The notes under the pieces: model-generated
The model's input: only the letters and a program-made list of their open reading frames with translations
Told to the model about the DNA's origin: nothing
The model's database searches: none
Part shown: one piece after another, positions 62,211 through 64,000 of the stretch
Layout of the letters: each line of letters starts with the position of its first letter
How positions within the stretch are numbered: position 1 is the first letter of the stretch
Made by a program: the position numbers and the translations under genes
Source of the DNA: Anthoceros angustus
Lineage: Eukaryota > Plantae > Anthocerotophyta
Direction: 5' to 3'
Assembly (NCBI GenBank): GCA_010909165.1
Contig: MU008166.1
Location: 744,001-808,000 of the forward strand
DNA: 64,000 nucleotides

Positions 62211-63539
62211 GTTGGCGAGGGCGCCAACAAATGAGAAGGGGAGTATGTAAACAATCTGGTATCTGGAAACTCCCTGTTGGATTGTGTCTTTGGGTGATTT
62301 TTTTTTTTGTTTTCTTGCTAAGTTTGGTGTTAAGAAAGGCTAGGTTGTTAGTAGGAAGGAATATTTATACTAGAAAGTGTCCGTGGCCTATGAGTTTTGG
62401 GTTGTTTTCTAGGTTGAATAATAATCAGTCCTTGGACTATGAACTTGATACTCCTTGGCCTTCGGTCTTGGAATATTCAACAAAAAGCCTATATAAGGTC
62501 GATGTGGTGGAGATGGTTCGGGTATGCACCTTGCTGGGTAAGAGGGTGCTTGACAGGGGGATGGCGTCCGGCGCGGCCCCTCCTCAACAAGTGGATCTGC
62601 AGGAGTTGACAGCAGCCATGATTCGGGCTCAGTCGGACACTACTTCCTGCGTAAGACCTTTATAGAAATGGTTTCCAGACCCTTCCCTCTTCCCTCTCCA
62701 GTGGCAGATAGATAACGGGCAAGGGAAACGACATATGCGAAATAGCCGTTCTCGCAATGGATGCTTTGGCGTTCCAATTCTTGGGTGTGAGATTCCTCAT
62801 GTCATACTGCAGTCTGGAGGCAATCAGCTTGTATCTTCCACTCATTTGAGAAATAGCACACAAGATGTACACACACGACCGAGGCCACTCGGCTTCTCCT
62901 GAAGCTCAAGAGGCATCGGGAAAGCATTTTTGAAAAACCTGATAGTTAGTACTCGCCAGCTGCGGATGCGCAACTGATTCAGTGCGAAGTTTATTCCCGG
63001 CTGTGTCGAGCTTGAAACTCTTTCGAGGCTCCTCAGATTGGAAGAGGACTGTCTTTTTGCTGGGCATATGTACCATCGAGGCAGAGGCACAAGTCGAACT
63101 TCTGCAGCCGTTGTAATGTTCATATTGTAGTACAAGAAAAACCACTACGATAGGTCAAGCAGCATATCATCATCGTTGCAGATTCTTCAGTTGCCCAAAG
63201 GTAGCAGGGAGCCACCCCAGACTCCAGTGTCATGTATATTCCTGCAAGTATATCGAGAGAAAGCAAACTTGCTGTGAATTTCCTCGAGGCACTTGTCAGT
63301 AAGAATTGACCAGTTGCGCGAATTGACTGTCTGTGCTTGCTACCTCGGTGACAGTTCCCTCACATGTACGTAAGTTGAGACAGGTCCCCAAGTTTGCAGG
63401 CAGTGACGAATCGAATGGGAAATATGATAGACTCTTCCCCATACGCTTCTCTTGGCCGATACATCCCCGGCTACACGCGGCGCTTCATTTTAGTGCATAG
63501 TGTTTTGTTTGAACCGAACCCAGGTCACCTTGAATCCTA

Positions 63540-64000
63540 GCATAGCGAAGAGACTGTGGCTTGCCCGCCTGAAATGTTGACGGTTCGTCGTCGGGCAGTG
63601 ACTGAATGTCCAGGAGGTGTTGGAGAATGGAGGGGTCGGAGGACAAGGCTTGGTAGTCCTGCTGTAGCGTGGGCTAGCAGCCTCGGGCCAGTAGAGAATT
63701 TTTGCAACACTTGTCCACCAGCATATTCACTGCGTCCTCATTCCTCACTCTCTGTGCAGTCCGCAAAGATAGAGAGAGAGACGCTGTACTCCAGCTACCT
63801 TGCTCTCCCGCCTATCAAAACATTCGAGGCATGTTCTGAGCACGAATAAATTCATCGAAATGCCCTTGCAACCACAAGCGGGACTGCAAAGCAAATTTTT
63901 GCACGGGAAGAAAGAAAGATTTTACTCACAGCGCACTTCTCCGATTCCCCTGCCAGCAGAAGGTACTCCACTACTCTTGTTTCTCGACTTCGTATCGCCT
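63540..64000 (-). pseudogene. Gene C, inverted Uma2-ankyrin family paralogue (exon 2 end at 64000-63930, intron, exon 3 from 63751), running off the window
   Basis: Intron 2 and its flanks are nearly identical to gene A. Exon 3 has a deletion of about 40 codons and an in-frame TAG (RGC*PT). Confidence 0.85.

Larger units (their letters stand above)
37017..63085. repeat. Tandem mosaic array with units of about 8-13 kb: F-box fragment / Uma2-ankyrin 5' fragment / Gypsy coiled-coil ORF / Gypsy integrase / nested second element
   Basis: The block GCCTTGTTGGACTCCTTGTAGTCTTCG starts near 37017, 50118 and 57951. Partial repeats occur near 38820 and 62640, with internal sub-duplications (for example 42100 and 43200, and 45020, 45910, 47910). 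Confidence 0.9.

Overview
This is eukaryotic, repeat-rich genomic DNA, probably from an early-diverging land plant such as a Selaginella-like lycophyte. That assignment is inferred from short GT-AG introns, GC-rich exons and fragments of dirigent, F-box and RLK genes. From left to right the window holds: (1) a spliced, roughly 1,380-aa coiled-coil gene on the minus strand; (2) a truncated dirigent fragment; (3) an F-box pseudogene split by a 17-kb Copia LTR retrotransposon (7972-25077, about 160-bp LTRs, CTCAC target-site duplication, tRNA-iMet PBS, PPT); (4) a 13.4-kb TIR DNA transposon nested in the Copia RT, carrying a DUF7869-type (Sola-like) transposase on + and, divergently, a tandemly duplicated gene with a ParB-like IGGNH motif and beta-class DNA amino-methyltransferase motifs; (5) a Tc1/mariner-type MITE; (6) two intact three-exon paralogues encoding an MGxxCGRC N-terminus, a variable 14-aa repeat, a Uma2-like (PD-(D/E)XK) domain and ankyrin repeats, with several 5' fragments and one pseudogene of the same family, four copies of which lie head-to-head with an F-box gene; (7) an RLK kinase relic and a degraded LINE; (8) a roughly 25-kb tandem mosaic of nested Gypsy pieces. 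The multi-copy regions (about 9.4-22 kb and 37-62 kb) are full of 1-bp indels, so frameshifts and copy numbers there may be long-read consensus artefacts. All domain calls come from motif recognition by eye, not from database searches.
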